Of a stretch of 64,000 nucleotides of DNA, positions 8,849-16,168 are shown piece by piece; within the stretch, counting starts at the first letter, position 1; each line of letters opens with the position of its first letter. The notes beneath the pieces are model-generated. The model did not search any database. It was not told where the DNA came from and was given only the letters and a program-made list of their open reading frames with translations. A program made the translations under genes and the position numbers. Location: the NCBI RefSeq assembly GCF_053078305.1, contig NZ_CP166879.1; one strand, given 5' to 3'.

Positions 8849-9535
8849 TCATGCCACATTCTGCTCCTGAAGATGACGCAGACGATGGTCCCAGTTTCCC
8901 AGGTAATGCCCGGGCGTCAGCAGTACGCGGCGTCGCTCATTACAGAGCGAGTTACCAATCACCACTTCTCCGGCCACACCACACAACGACAGTTGTATAT
9001 ACGCCATGCCGGCTGCCAGCGGGTCAATATCCGTTGCCGACACCCACATCCTGCGATATGCCGGATACCCCGAACGGTTCAGGGTGTCAGCCATTGCCAG
9101 AATCATACTGCCGGCACCACAGGCAGGTTCACTGAGCGTGATAAAGGGTTTGTTCTCAAACAACGCCTTCACATCTCCCATCTGCATCTGTGCCATCATG
9201 CTGGCAACACTCCAGGGCGTGAAAAACTGACTCCGGTATTTATCCCCCAGTTCCAGTTGCATGAACACACTCCCCAGAAAATCACAGACTCCCTGCTCCA
9301 GTCCCTCAATGACATGAGCAAGCAAATGCGCAATGTGGATAACATCCTGCTTTTCATAACCACTGACGATCCGCAGATACTTCTGTTCCCGGGCCTCACT
9401 GAACTGAAGCCGGTTTTCCAAGGCAATCACACTACAGCTGACAAAGTCTTCAAACACCTTATGACGTTTGTGATAACAGGCTGTCCGGTTAAACAACGAA
9501 ATGAACTCCTTCTGATGGTCAGTCATGGTGGCCAT
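8849..9535 (-). CDS. N6-DNA-methyltransferase-like protein that ends before the catalytic motif IV
   Basis: 228 aa. Contains FFTP, EPACGAGS (motif I) and TDIDP (motif II). The ORF ends after VIGNSL with no (N/D)PP(F/Y/W) motif. GGAG SD. Confidence 0.6.
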   Translation of the reverse strand: MATMTDHQKEFISLFNRTACYHKRHKVFEDFVSCSVIALENRLQFSEAREQKYLRIVSGYEKQDVIHIAHLLAHVIEGLEQGVCDFLGSVFMQLELGDKYRSQFFTPWSVASMMAQMQMGDVKALFENKPFITLSEPACGAGSMILAMADTLNRSGYPAYRRMWVSATDIDPLAAGMAYIQLSLCGVAGEVVIGNSLCNERRRVLLTPGHYLGNWDHRLRHLQEQNVA

Positions 9536-9545
9536 GTTTTCTCCG

Positions 9546-9591
9546 TAAAAACAGGGAACACATGGCCCGGACAGGGGAACAGGTGTTCCCC
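9546..9591 (-). terminator. Terminator with two alternative stems downstream of the 9647-10594 gene
   Basis: GGGAACAC (9554-9561) pairs with GTGTTCCC (9583-9590); alternatively GGGGAACA (9574-9581) pairs with TGTTCCCC (9584-9591). TGTTTTTA follows on the minus strand. Confidence 0.55.
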
Positions 9592-9646
9592 TTCGGGTTG
9601 AAATGTTGATAAAACGGGCATCACGGACATGATACCCGGAGGTTAA

Positions 9647-10594
9647 TTACTGGGCTGAGACCAGAGGAACCGGTAAAGGTGCGGCTTTCGTCTGTTCTTC
9701 AGCGCACTCCTCCACCAGGTACAGTCGGGGCTGTGGAAGTGTTTCCCTGCCCGGCCATTCGGCCTGCAGATCACTGTCCGTATGCTCTCCGCCATCGTAA
9801 CAGTTGTAACCCTGTATACCGTGTACCGGCTCGCTGTACCAGTGTCGGACCTCGCAGTCAAACACCTTCGAGATCTCACCAACCAGTTCGCCTGAAGGCG
9901 GATACCAGGGCGTGTCGATCAGCAGCACCAGACTGCTCATCTCATCACGCGCATGGCGAACATTATTTCCTGACGGCCACTCCACACCGTATATCCGGCT
10001 GTAAAGGCTGGTCGTTGTGGAAATACCCTGCAGCAGTCCACCTGAACCATTCAGCTCTGTAGCCAGACGGGAGGGTATGACCATCAGCATGTCACAGGGC
10101 TGCGCCTGTTCCGGGTAATCCGACAACCAGCTCCAGCAGGCTTCTGCATCAATGTGTTCACTCAGCCCGGCCAGACCAAACCAGTCAGAATACTGACGGC
10201 TCATCAGCGTGGTGATGATCTCCCTGGCATTATCCGGCAGATTACCCCAGCGAACAGCGCCGATACATGACTGGTGATAAAGACGCTCAATGGTCTTTAT
10301 CGTTTCACCATCCAGAACGGCATTTTTTACCAGCAACCCCAGCCACTGCTCAAACGCCTGGTTAGCCGGAGATGACAACCCCGTTCCGTGACGAACCAGC
10401 GCCGGATATGGCGGATACTGCGTCGTCCGTGTGGGTTTTACCAGCCCTGCACAACCGGCCAGAAACAGCTGTATACTCTGCTGTATGGCATGACGGTAGC
10501 GCGGGGTCTCACGCCCTTCAATCCACTGTGTAAGTACATCAAGACAGACTGATTTACCGGTAATTTCAAAACGGTTTTTGCACCATTCAGACAT
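9647..10594 (-). CDS. hypothetical protein (315 aa), conjugative-element type; possibly DUF1281-like
   Basis: AGGAG SD. The N-terminus MSEWCKNRFEITGKS resembles my memory of DUF1281/Api92-like proteins (low certainty). Confidence 0.55.
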   Translation of the reverse strand: MSEWCKNRFEITGKSVCLDVLTQWIEGRETPRYRHAIQQSIQLFLAGCAGLVKPTRTTQYPPYPALVRHGTGLSSPANQAFEQWLGLLVKNAVLDGETIKTIERLYHQSCIGAVRWGNLPDNAREIITTLMSRQYSDWFGLAGLSEHIDAEACWSWLSDYPEQAQPCDMLMVIPSRLATELNGSGGLLQGISTTTSLYSRIYGVEWPSGNNVRHARDEMSSLVLLIDTPWYPPSGELVGEISKVFDCEVRHWYSEPVHGIQGYNCYDGGEHTDSDLQAEWPGRETLPQPRLYLVEECAEEQTKAAPLPVPLVSAQ

Positions 10595-10623
10595 TGTTTA
10601 CGCTCCTCTTTTTTATACAGATG

Positions 10624-10661
10624 TAAAAAGAGGGCATTGTCCCGTGAGGTACAATGCCCTC
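10624..10661 (-). terminator. Rho-independent terminator after the 10678-10992 gene
   Basis: GAGGGCATTGT (10630-10640) pairs with ACAATGCCCTC (10651-10661). TTTTT follows on the minus strand. Confidence 0.6.
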
Positions 10662-10666
10662 ACGGG
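10641..10666. repeat. GC-rich dyad, family 1 (CCCGTGAGG ... CCTCACGGG)
   Basis: 9-bp perfect inverted repeat that overlaps the terminator stem, so the two pairings are mutually exclusive. Lies ~47 nt upstream of start 10594. Confidence 0.8.
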
Positions 10667-10677
10667 AAAACGGGGTA

Positions 10678-10992
10678 TCACGCCCCGTTGTTGCGGATAA
10701 AACCCTGCAGCCAGGCAGTTCGCTCAGGGCCATACCGCCTGTTGACATTCATCAGTTCGTCTGCAGACGGATTGATGAAAAGGTTGTAGTACCAGAGCTC
10801 TTCCTTTAAATCCGCCAGGTTCCCCCTGCCGGTCCTGAGCCACTCCTGTACAACATCCCTGATTTCAGATGTGACATCTCCACGGTAATTTGACGTGATC
10901 GTAACATCTGCCAGTAATTCACTGATATTTCCTGCTATCAGACACGGTTCAGAGATCCCGTTACAGAACCAGACAAGGCATTTACCAGCCAT
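10678..10992 (-). CDS. hypothetical protein (104 aa)
   Basis: GGAGG SD 6 nt upstream. Packed 3 nt from the upstream gene. Confidence 0.55.
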   Translation of the reverse strand: MAGKCLVWFCNGISEPCLIAGNISELLADVTITSNYRGDVTSEIRDVVQEWLRTGRGNLADLKEELWYYNLFINPSADELMNVNRRYGPERTAWLQGFIRNNGA

Positions 10993-10995
10993 ACC

Positions 10996-11433
10996 TTACC
11001 TCCTGTATTTGCTGGTATTTATCCCGATCTCGTTTATGGCTACGGATATGTTGCCCGGAAAACGCGCTGTTTCAATCTTCTCCAGCTCGTTTTTCCGGTA
11101 ACGCTCCACGGTCACACTCAACGGGACGTTCCCCTGTCCGTACTCTTTACGAAGGCGATCAATACACTCCTGTACCAGTTCATCGCTGAAATAACGGGAT
11201 TCAAGCACAGACAGCAGCCCGTCTTTATTCTCAAACCCCTCTGTGACAGAGCGTACTTCGGCCTCCGTTGGACCATCCAGCCAGCTCACCCACACATTGT
11301 TGAAAACTTTCGGGAAAGATGGATCGCATTTCCGCACAGAAAATTTCTGTCCCGGAAATGTATACGCCAGCACATCCCTGATACGGGCCACAACAGCATC
11401 GTCAACATCAACCAGTGCGTTATCGTTCATCAC
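10996..11433 (-). CDS. hypothetical protein (145 aa)
   Basis: AGGAA SD. The composition looks coding. No motif recognised. Confidence 0.55.
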   Translation of the reverse strand: MMNDNALVDVDDAVVARIRDVLAYTFPGQKFSVRKCDPSFPKVFNNVWVSWLDGPTEAEVRSVTEGFENKDGLLSVLESRYFSDELVQECIDRLRKEYGQGNVPLSVTVERYRKNELEKIETARFPGNISVAINEIGINTSKYRR

Positions 11434-11472
11434 TCAGTTCCTCTGTAATCCTGAAATAACAGAGAGCACTGC

Positions 11473-11498
11473 CCCGTGAGGGACAATGCCCTCACGGG
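11473..11498. repeat. GC-rich dyad, family 1 (CCCGTGAGGG-N6-CCCTCACGGG)
   Basis: 10-bp perfect inverted repeat with the same loop ACAATG as the 10641 copy. Lies ~40 nt upstream of start 11433. Confidence 0.8.
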
Positions 11499-11539
11499 AT
11501 AAATGGCGGTCAGGTTATAACCGCCACCGGTAGTAAAAA

Positions 11540-12517
11540 TTATGCTGCGCACTCCTGCGAAGTTCGCCGCGTCAGTAAATACTCTGATGCTTCACGTGCC
11601 TGCCGGCAGGCGCGAAACAGCGCTTTTTTGTCAGACTTCAGAACCTTAAGCCATCCGTCAATATAACTTTCGTGCTGTACGTCACCGGCAATCCCGAGAT
11701 GTGCACACAGAAAAGCACTGCCCATCTCGGCAATCAGCTCTTCAAACGCATATTCCGGGCTTTTGCGACCGGTAAAGGTACTTATCCCCACCCGCCGCAG
11801 GCGCTTTTCATGACCGGTACTGTGTACCAGCTCATGCAGCAGGGTGGCCTGGTAATCAGCCACCTGGTCAAACTGCGACGACAGTGGCATCACGATACGG
11901 TCAAGATCAGGCCGGTAGAATGCCCTGTCCTGTGGAAGTGACGAGACGCTGACGCCGCTGCCATTCAGTACCTGCAGCACCCGCTCACTGAAGGTATCTG
12001 CCGGCAGTGCATCCGCGCTGCCTTCCGCCTTCACCATCAGATGTTCAGGTAAACCGTCACACTGCCCCACATTAAACAGAGGATTCGATTTCAGTACCGG
12101 TACGATTTCCATGAGAGGCTCCCCCTCACTGTCCGTCAGCCGGTTACCGTGTTCATCCACAGCCTGTTTTTTCCAGTCTTTGTAAATCACCGCCAGCGTG
12201 GCCACCTCCCCTTTACGGACGTGGCCACCCAGTTGTTGCGCCTGACGGTACGTCAGCCAGTCATTGCTGACATACCCGGCTTCATCCGCGGCCAGCCACA
12301 GCAACAGGACGTTCACCCCTGTATAAGGCTTCCCGGTCAGGGCATTTGCCGGCATCATCTCCGGAAGCCCCACGCCATTACGCGCAGAGCGCCAGGGACG
12401 TTTCCAGGGTGGCACACCATTTTCAATGGCCGTAACAACCCTGTCGGTCACAAGCTGATACAGGTCACGTTCCGGAGTTTTAATCGCGGTACGTGAAGTA
12501 TGTTTTTTCGTTTTCAT
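11540..12517 (-). CDS. ardC: ArdC-type antirestriction protein (ssDNA-binding N-domain plus zincin metalloprotease domain)
   Basis: VVTAIENGVPPWKRPW (ArdC-N pattern) and LLHELVHSTGH (HEXXH). Start moved to ATG 12517 (MKTKKHTSR...), giving 325 aa. Confidence 0.8.
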   Translation of the reverse strand: MKTKKHTSRTAIKTPERDLYQLVTDRVVTAIENGVPPWKRPWRSARNGVGLPEMMPANALTGKPYTGVNVLLLWLAADEAGYVSNDWLTYRQAQQLGGHVRKGEVATLAVIYKDWKKQAVDEHGNRLTDSEGEPLMEIVPVLKSNPLFNVGQCDGLPEHLMVKAEGSADALPADTFSERVLQVLNGSGVSVSSLPQDRAFYRPDLDRIVMPLSSQFDQVADYQATLLHELVHSTGHEKRLRRVGISTFTGRKSPEYAFEELIAEMGSAFLCAHLGIAGDVQHESYIDGWLKVLKSDKKALFRACRQAREASEYLLTRRTSQECAA

Positions 12518-12609
12518 AAGAGCATGCCCCCTGAAAAAGATGCACGCTCCCTGTACGGTGAGAGTGCACCGTACAGTTAAATTAATAACGAAAATCAGAC
12601 TGGCCAGAA

Positions 12610-12993
12610 TTACCACAACGCCAGCATCACCAGTGAACGACGCTCAAAATCAAACGTCTTCAGCGTATTGCTGACCCACGCTTTTACGTCATCCACGTCA
12701 TACCAGTAATCACCGGCATAATCTTCCCCCCGTAAACACGAGCCTGTGACATAAGGAAACAGCCTGTGGCAGTTCCCCGGTGTCAGCATACTGAGGTCGC
12801 GCAATAATGCAGCCAGTGAACTGCGGGTTACAGGGAAAGCATGCTGCTCATCTGAAGCACCGGTATGTTCACGAAACCATGTCAGAAGAGGTTTCACCTT
12901 ACGGAAAGCCCCCACCTCCTGATGTTCCTGTGTTCCCACAACGGCACCACTGTGATGGTTATCACGAGCCAGAAAGTAAATATCGAGTCCCAT
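12610..12993 (-). CDS. hypothetical protein (127 aa)
   Basis: Start at ATG 12993 (MGLDIYFLARD...), preceded by AGGAG. Confidence 0.5.
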   Translation of the reverse strand: MGLDIYFLARDNHHSGAVVGTQEHQEVGAFRKVKPLLTWFREHTGASDEQHAFPVTRSSLAALLRDLSMLTPGNCHRLFPYVTGSCLRGEDYAGDYWYDVDDVKAWVSNTLKTFDFERRSLVMLALW

Positions 12994-13108
12994 AACAATT
13001 CTCCTGAATAAAGCCGGGACTCTCCCCACAGGGATATGTCCCTGCCGGGTGATATAATGACGGAATACGTGATGACGTTATTCCGGATAAAGAAACTACG
13101 GCGTTCTG

Positions 13109-13738
13109 TTACCGCCCACCGGCAAGAGCCCGCAGCCAGTAAAGCTGATATTCGGCCTCTTCCAGTGCTGCCCAGTCATCCGGGGATAACTGTCGCCCCT
13201 GACCGGACAAAAACTGCAGCAGTAAGCTGTCAAACACATCTCCCCTTACCAGGGTGGTTAATACAGACTCCGGAGCAGAAAAATTCTCATGCCCCAGGTA
13301 CCGTTTTATCCATTTCAGCGGCAGCGACCAGCTGGCACCACCGACAGTGGAATGAATACGAAAACAGTCCGGACACAGATTGTGCAACAGCACAAAGACT
13401 GTACGGGCAAAGAAATCTCCCGGCTGACGTCCGAAATTCAGCTCATTAAGAGCCAGAATATTCCGGCTGTGCTCCCGCTCAATAGTGACATTCACCGACC
13501 ACAGCCCGTCGGCAGACCGGCAGTAAAACGCCAGCGTGTCCGTTACCGGAAACAACTCTGACGCCCGGGTCAGGGAGCCGAAATACGCATTCTGCGGCCG
13601 TAACGCCTCCGGCAACTGCCAGAAGGTTTCAGTGGCAGCCAGAACAAAAGCATGCCACTGCTTTTCCGGTATTGTGGAAACCTGCTCAAGGGTATATACC
13701 ACCGGCTCACGGGCCGGACGTGAAGATAACTCAGACAT
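13109..13738 (-). CDS. hypothetical protein (209 aa)
   Basis: Start at ATG 13738 (MSELSSRPAREP...), preceded by GAGGA. Confidence 0.5.
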   Translation of the reverse strand: MSELSSRPAREPVVYTLEQVSTIPEKQWHAFVLAATETFWQLPEALRPQNAYFGSLTRASELFPVTDTLAFYCRSADGLWSVNVTIEREHSRNILALNELNFGRQPGDFFARTVFVLLHNLCPDCFRIHSTVGGASWSLPLKWIKRYLGHENFSAPESVLTTLVRGDVFDSLLLQFLSGQGRQLSPDDWAALEEAEYQLYWLRALAGGR

Positions 13739-13780
13739 GGAACATTCCTCATGGTTAAAACGAAACAACGGGGAATGTCT

Positions 13781-13807
13781 CCCGGACGGAGAACTCCCCC
13801 GTCAGGG
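13781..13807. repeat. GC-rich dyad, family 2 (CCCGGACGG ... CCGTCAGGG)
   Basis: 8 of 9 positions pair. Lies upstream of start 13738. Confidence 0.6.
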
Positions 13808-13819
13808 TCAGGTCATGAA

Positions 13820-14197
13820 TTACATCATGTCGTGCCGGGCAAAATATTCATCCGCTCCGGCCACCATCTTTCCGGTACTGATACTGTCAGCCCAGATTTC
13901 ATGATTAATTTCACGCCCCAGAGCCATCAGACTGTCGAGTGCCTGACGGGCCTGAATTCCCGGTGCGGAAATCTCCTCCTGCTCCAGGTCATACAACAGC
14001 CAGCCCAGCGCCTCGCCGGTATCCCACAGATACACGTATACCAGTGAAGGCTCCGTCTCATCATCCGGCTCCGGGGTAATACCCAGCCGTTGCCAGGCTC
14101 GTAACCGCATCAGCTCGCCTTCCATCTGACTGATATGAGCCAGCAGAGCAGACTGCGTCTGAAGCGCTGAATAATGAGCAATTAAAGGTGAATACAT
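13820..14197 (-). CDS. hypothetical acidic protein (125 aa)
   Basis: GGAGG SD. Rich in D and E. Confidence 0.5.
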   Translation of the reverse strand: MYSPLIAHYSALQTQSALLAHISQMEGELMRLRAWQRLGITPEPDDETEPSLVYVYLWDTGEALGWLLYDLEQEEISAPGIQARQALDSLMALGREINHEIWADSISTGKMVAGADEYFARHDMM

Positions 14198-14228
14198 GAT
14201 GACCTCCGTCTCTTAAAGGAAGTCCTGT

Positions 14229-14256
14229 CCCTGACGGAACAAAACTCCCGTCAGGG
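14229..14256. repeat. GC-rich dyad, family 2 (CCCTGACGG-N10-CCGTCAGGG)
   Basis: 9-bp perfect inverted repeat with loop AACAAAACTC, followed by AAAACACC. Lies 32 nt upstream of start 14197. Confidence 0.8.
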
Positions 14257-14509
14257 AAAACACCGGCGCAAAAACACGGTGCAGTAAGTAAAAGAAAAAC
14301 CGTTACGGGAGCAAAACAGCCATCATTGCAAAATGGCAGTTGCATCGCTCACGATTTGACATCCTTCCTGTGACTGACTGGCATCCTGCCCGTCAGTCTG
14401 CGTCGGAAAATTCAATACAGGCCTGCTTCAGGAGCCCGGCTATACGTTGATTCAGACATTCCGTCCAGCCATCGTTCCATCCACGCTCCCATGGATTGCA
14501 GACATCCTC

Positions 14510-14872
14510 CTATGGATTGCAGACATCGTTACAGCCATTCTTCCATGTCTTCCATGCCTCCATCTCCATGACAGCCCCCAGCCTGTGGCCTTTCACACGT
14601 ATATGCCACAGAAACGGCCGGAAAAGTCCTGATTTCAGTTGGTCACCACCGCTTTTGTAGCCCAGATGACATGCAACACTTTCAGTATATTCAAATGCAT
14701 CATTCTGCATTCCAGCCGCCTTAGCCAGCGAGCTGTACGCATCACGAAGTATCGTCATACCTTCCAGTTGATACTCACACCACGCACGGACAGCCGACAC
14801 TGGTGCGATTACCCGAAGAATGGTGCAGGGACGCCATACAACAATGTAAAGGAGTATTAACAGACTATGCAT
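14510..14872 (-). CDS. hypothetical protein ending at an amber codon inside a 21-bp tandem duplication; the frame stays open to 14393
   Basis: TAG at 14510-14512 corresponds to TGG in the neighbouring repeat copy. See findings. Confidence 0.4.
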   Translation of the reverse strand: MHSLLILLYIVVWRPCTILRVIAPVSAVRAWCEYQLEGMTILRDAYSSLAKAAGMQNDAFEYTESVACHLGYKSGGDQLKSGLFRPFLWHIRVKGHRLGAVMEMEAWKTWKNGCNDVCNP

Positions 14873-14889
14873 GTGTTCACCTCAGATAC

Positions 14890-14933
14890 AAAAAATAACG
14901 GGAACACACCTGCCTTGCGGGAAGCGTGTTCCC
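14890..14933 (-). terminator. Rho-independent terminator after the 14955-15347 gene
   Basis: GGGAACAC (14900-14907) pairs with GTGTTCCC (14926-14933). GTTATTTTTT follows on the minus strand. Confidence 0.6.
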
Positions 14934-14954
14934 GACAGGGTAATAAATGATAAA

Positions 14955-15347
14955 TCAGCAGGGCTGTGCGACGATTCCATCACCCTGCAGACCAAACCGG
15001 TAACGCAGGGTGGTCAGTTGCTCCGCCATACGGCAGGCAGCATGCCATGTCCTGCGACGGGATATCCGTCCGGTAAACCGGTTCAGATAAATGACCTCAC
15101 GCGGTAACGGCTGATACCATCCTGTGTACTCGTTGCGATACATTCCCTGCCGGTAATACAGGCAGGGTGTCCAGACACCGCCACGACGGAACATACAGAC
15201 CCGCACGCTCAGATTGCCGGCCGGATTAGTGTACCAGCGACTGTAATATGACAGGTTATTGCGGGAAAAAAACACCCGCAACTGAGCCGTCATTCGCCGG
15301 AAAAAAGAAGAGATGCCCGGTTCAGGGCACAAAATAAACGTTGACAT
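14955..15347 (-). CDS. hypothetical protein (130 aa)
   Basis: Start moved to ATG 15347 (MSTFILCPEP...), preceded by AGGAG. The longer ORF-track version would run into the structured repeat. Confidence 0.5.
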   Translation of the reverse strand: MSTFILCPEPGISSFFRRMTAQLRVFFSRNNLSYYSRWYTNPAGNLSVRVCMFRRGGVWTPCLYYRQGMYRNEYTGWYQPLPREVIYLNRFTGRISRRRTWHAACRMAEQLTTLRYRFGLQGDGIVAQPC

Positions 15348-15378
15348 AAAGACTCCTGTAAAAAAACGGGAGCCTTCG

Positions 15379-15406
15379 CCCCGACGGACAAAAACTCCCG
15401 TCAGGG
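15379..15406. repeat. GC-rich dyad, family 2 (CCCCGACGG-N10-CCGTCAGGG)
   Basis: 8 of 9 positions pair. Same loop and same trailing AAAACACC as the 14229 copy. Lies 32 nt upstream of start 15347. Confidence 0.7.
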
Positions 15407-15442
15407 TTAAAACACCACCAGTACAGCATGGTGTTGCTGTCA

Positions 15443-15777
15443 GAAAAAGCCCGTTAATAAAGGGCGCAGTTATAAAGAAACCTTCATCGTCATGACTGAC
15501 GATATCTGCTCTCAAAGGTGGGCAGATTTACCACCACCAGAAACATCCTGGCTGCACATCCCCTTTCAGGTTACGGGGGTGTTGATCACCCGAAGGCGTT
15601 CCTCTCAGATCAACGGAACATTGGTGCCCACCGAAGCGGGATGTGGTCACCCGAAGGCGCTCCTCTCAGACCACTTATGGAGCATTGGTGGTCGCCGAAG
15701 CGACATGTAGCCACCCGAAGGCGCTCCTCTCAGGCCACTTGTGGAGCATTGGTGGTCGCCGGAGCGACATATAAGCC
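15443..15777 (-). ncRNA. STAXI-like structured element, locus A: three tandem ~64-nt pseudoknot modules plus a ~135-nt 3' part
   Basis: On the minus strand there are six UNCG tetraloop hairpins, two covarying stems per module, G.U pairs that exist only in the minus-strand reading, and a terminal GCCC/GGGC hairpin followed by U5. See findings. Confidence 0.55.
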
Positions 15778-15782
15778 TGTAT

Positions 15783-15811
15783 ATTTTTAAATCACAAAAG
15801 ATGAATGTCAA
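15783..15811 (-). promoter_or_regulatory. Candidate sigma70 promoter for locus A
   Basis: Minus strand: TTGACA (15811-15806), 17-nt spacer, AAAAAT (15788-15783). The predicted start falls just before the first hairpin. Confidence 0.4.
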
Positions 15812-15812
15812 G

Positions 15813-16136
15813 TTATTCAACATCAATCCAAAGAGGAATATTATGTATTCCCTTAACGGGTTCTCCCAGAGGAAAAACACAGGTCCCTTTAATCAGTATT
15901 TTTCTTCCCGACCATCTGACATCACAGTTAAAATCTCCCACCACATCAAAATAATCCGCAATGGATTCATAGATGTCCCATTCATCATAGATATCCCATT
16001 TATCTGCTGTTCCTTCACATTCAAACTCGGCCTGATATCCGGAATCAACATATCGCGCCAGATAGTGTGACCACAAAGGCGAATTTTTTGTAATCTCTTT
16101 TACAGAGATTATTTTCAGCAAAATAGTACAATCCAT
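15813..16136 (-). CDS. hypothetical acidic protein (107 aa) downstream of the recombinase
   Basis: ORF only. D/E/W-rich. No clear SD. Confidence 0.4.
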   Translation of the reverse strand: MDCTILLKIISVKEITKNSPLWSHYLARYVDSGYQAEFECEGTADKWDIYDEWDIYESIADYFDVVGDFNCDVRWSGRKILIKGTCVFPLGEPVKGIHNIPLWIDVE

Positions 16137-16168
16137 AATATTTACCCGTACGAAATCGCCATGAGTTA

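Noticed and set aside
8831-9601. 256-aa + strand ORF and several shorter ones over 8851-9426
   Set aside because: They are antisense to the MTase-like gene, which has clear motifs, an SD and a terminator. Their composition is typical of shadow ORFs.
15449-15705. Frpo/ssi-type single-stranded promoter (one long imperfect hairpin mimicking a duplex promoter)
   Set aside because: The repeat folds into many short local hairpins and pseudoknots rather than two long complementary arms, and ordinary duplex -35/-10 hexamers lie just outside it. Function as ssDNA cannot be excluded.
15492-15710. Identical 72-aa ORFs at 15492-15710 and 17824-18042 (and the overlapping 90/97-aa ORFs), which could be taken for a duplicated small gene
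   Set aside because: There is no SD. The sequence is explained better by tandem structured modules whose covariation and G.U pairs fit the opposite strand. The protein would be Arg/Pro/Gly-rich and of low complexity.
15587-15775. Possible CRISPR array (regular ~64-bp repeats)
   Set aside because: The units are directly adjacent with no spacers, there are only two or three copies, each unit is internally highly structured, and there are no cas genes.
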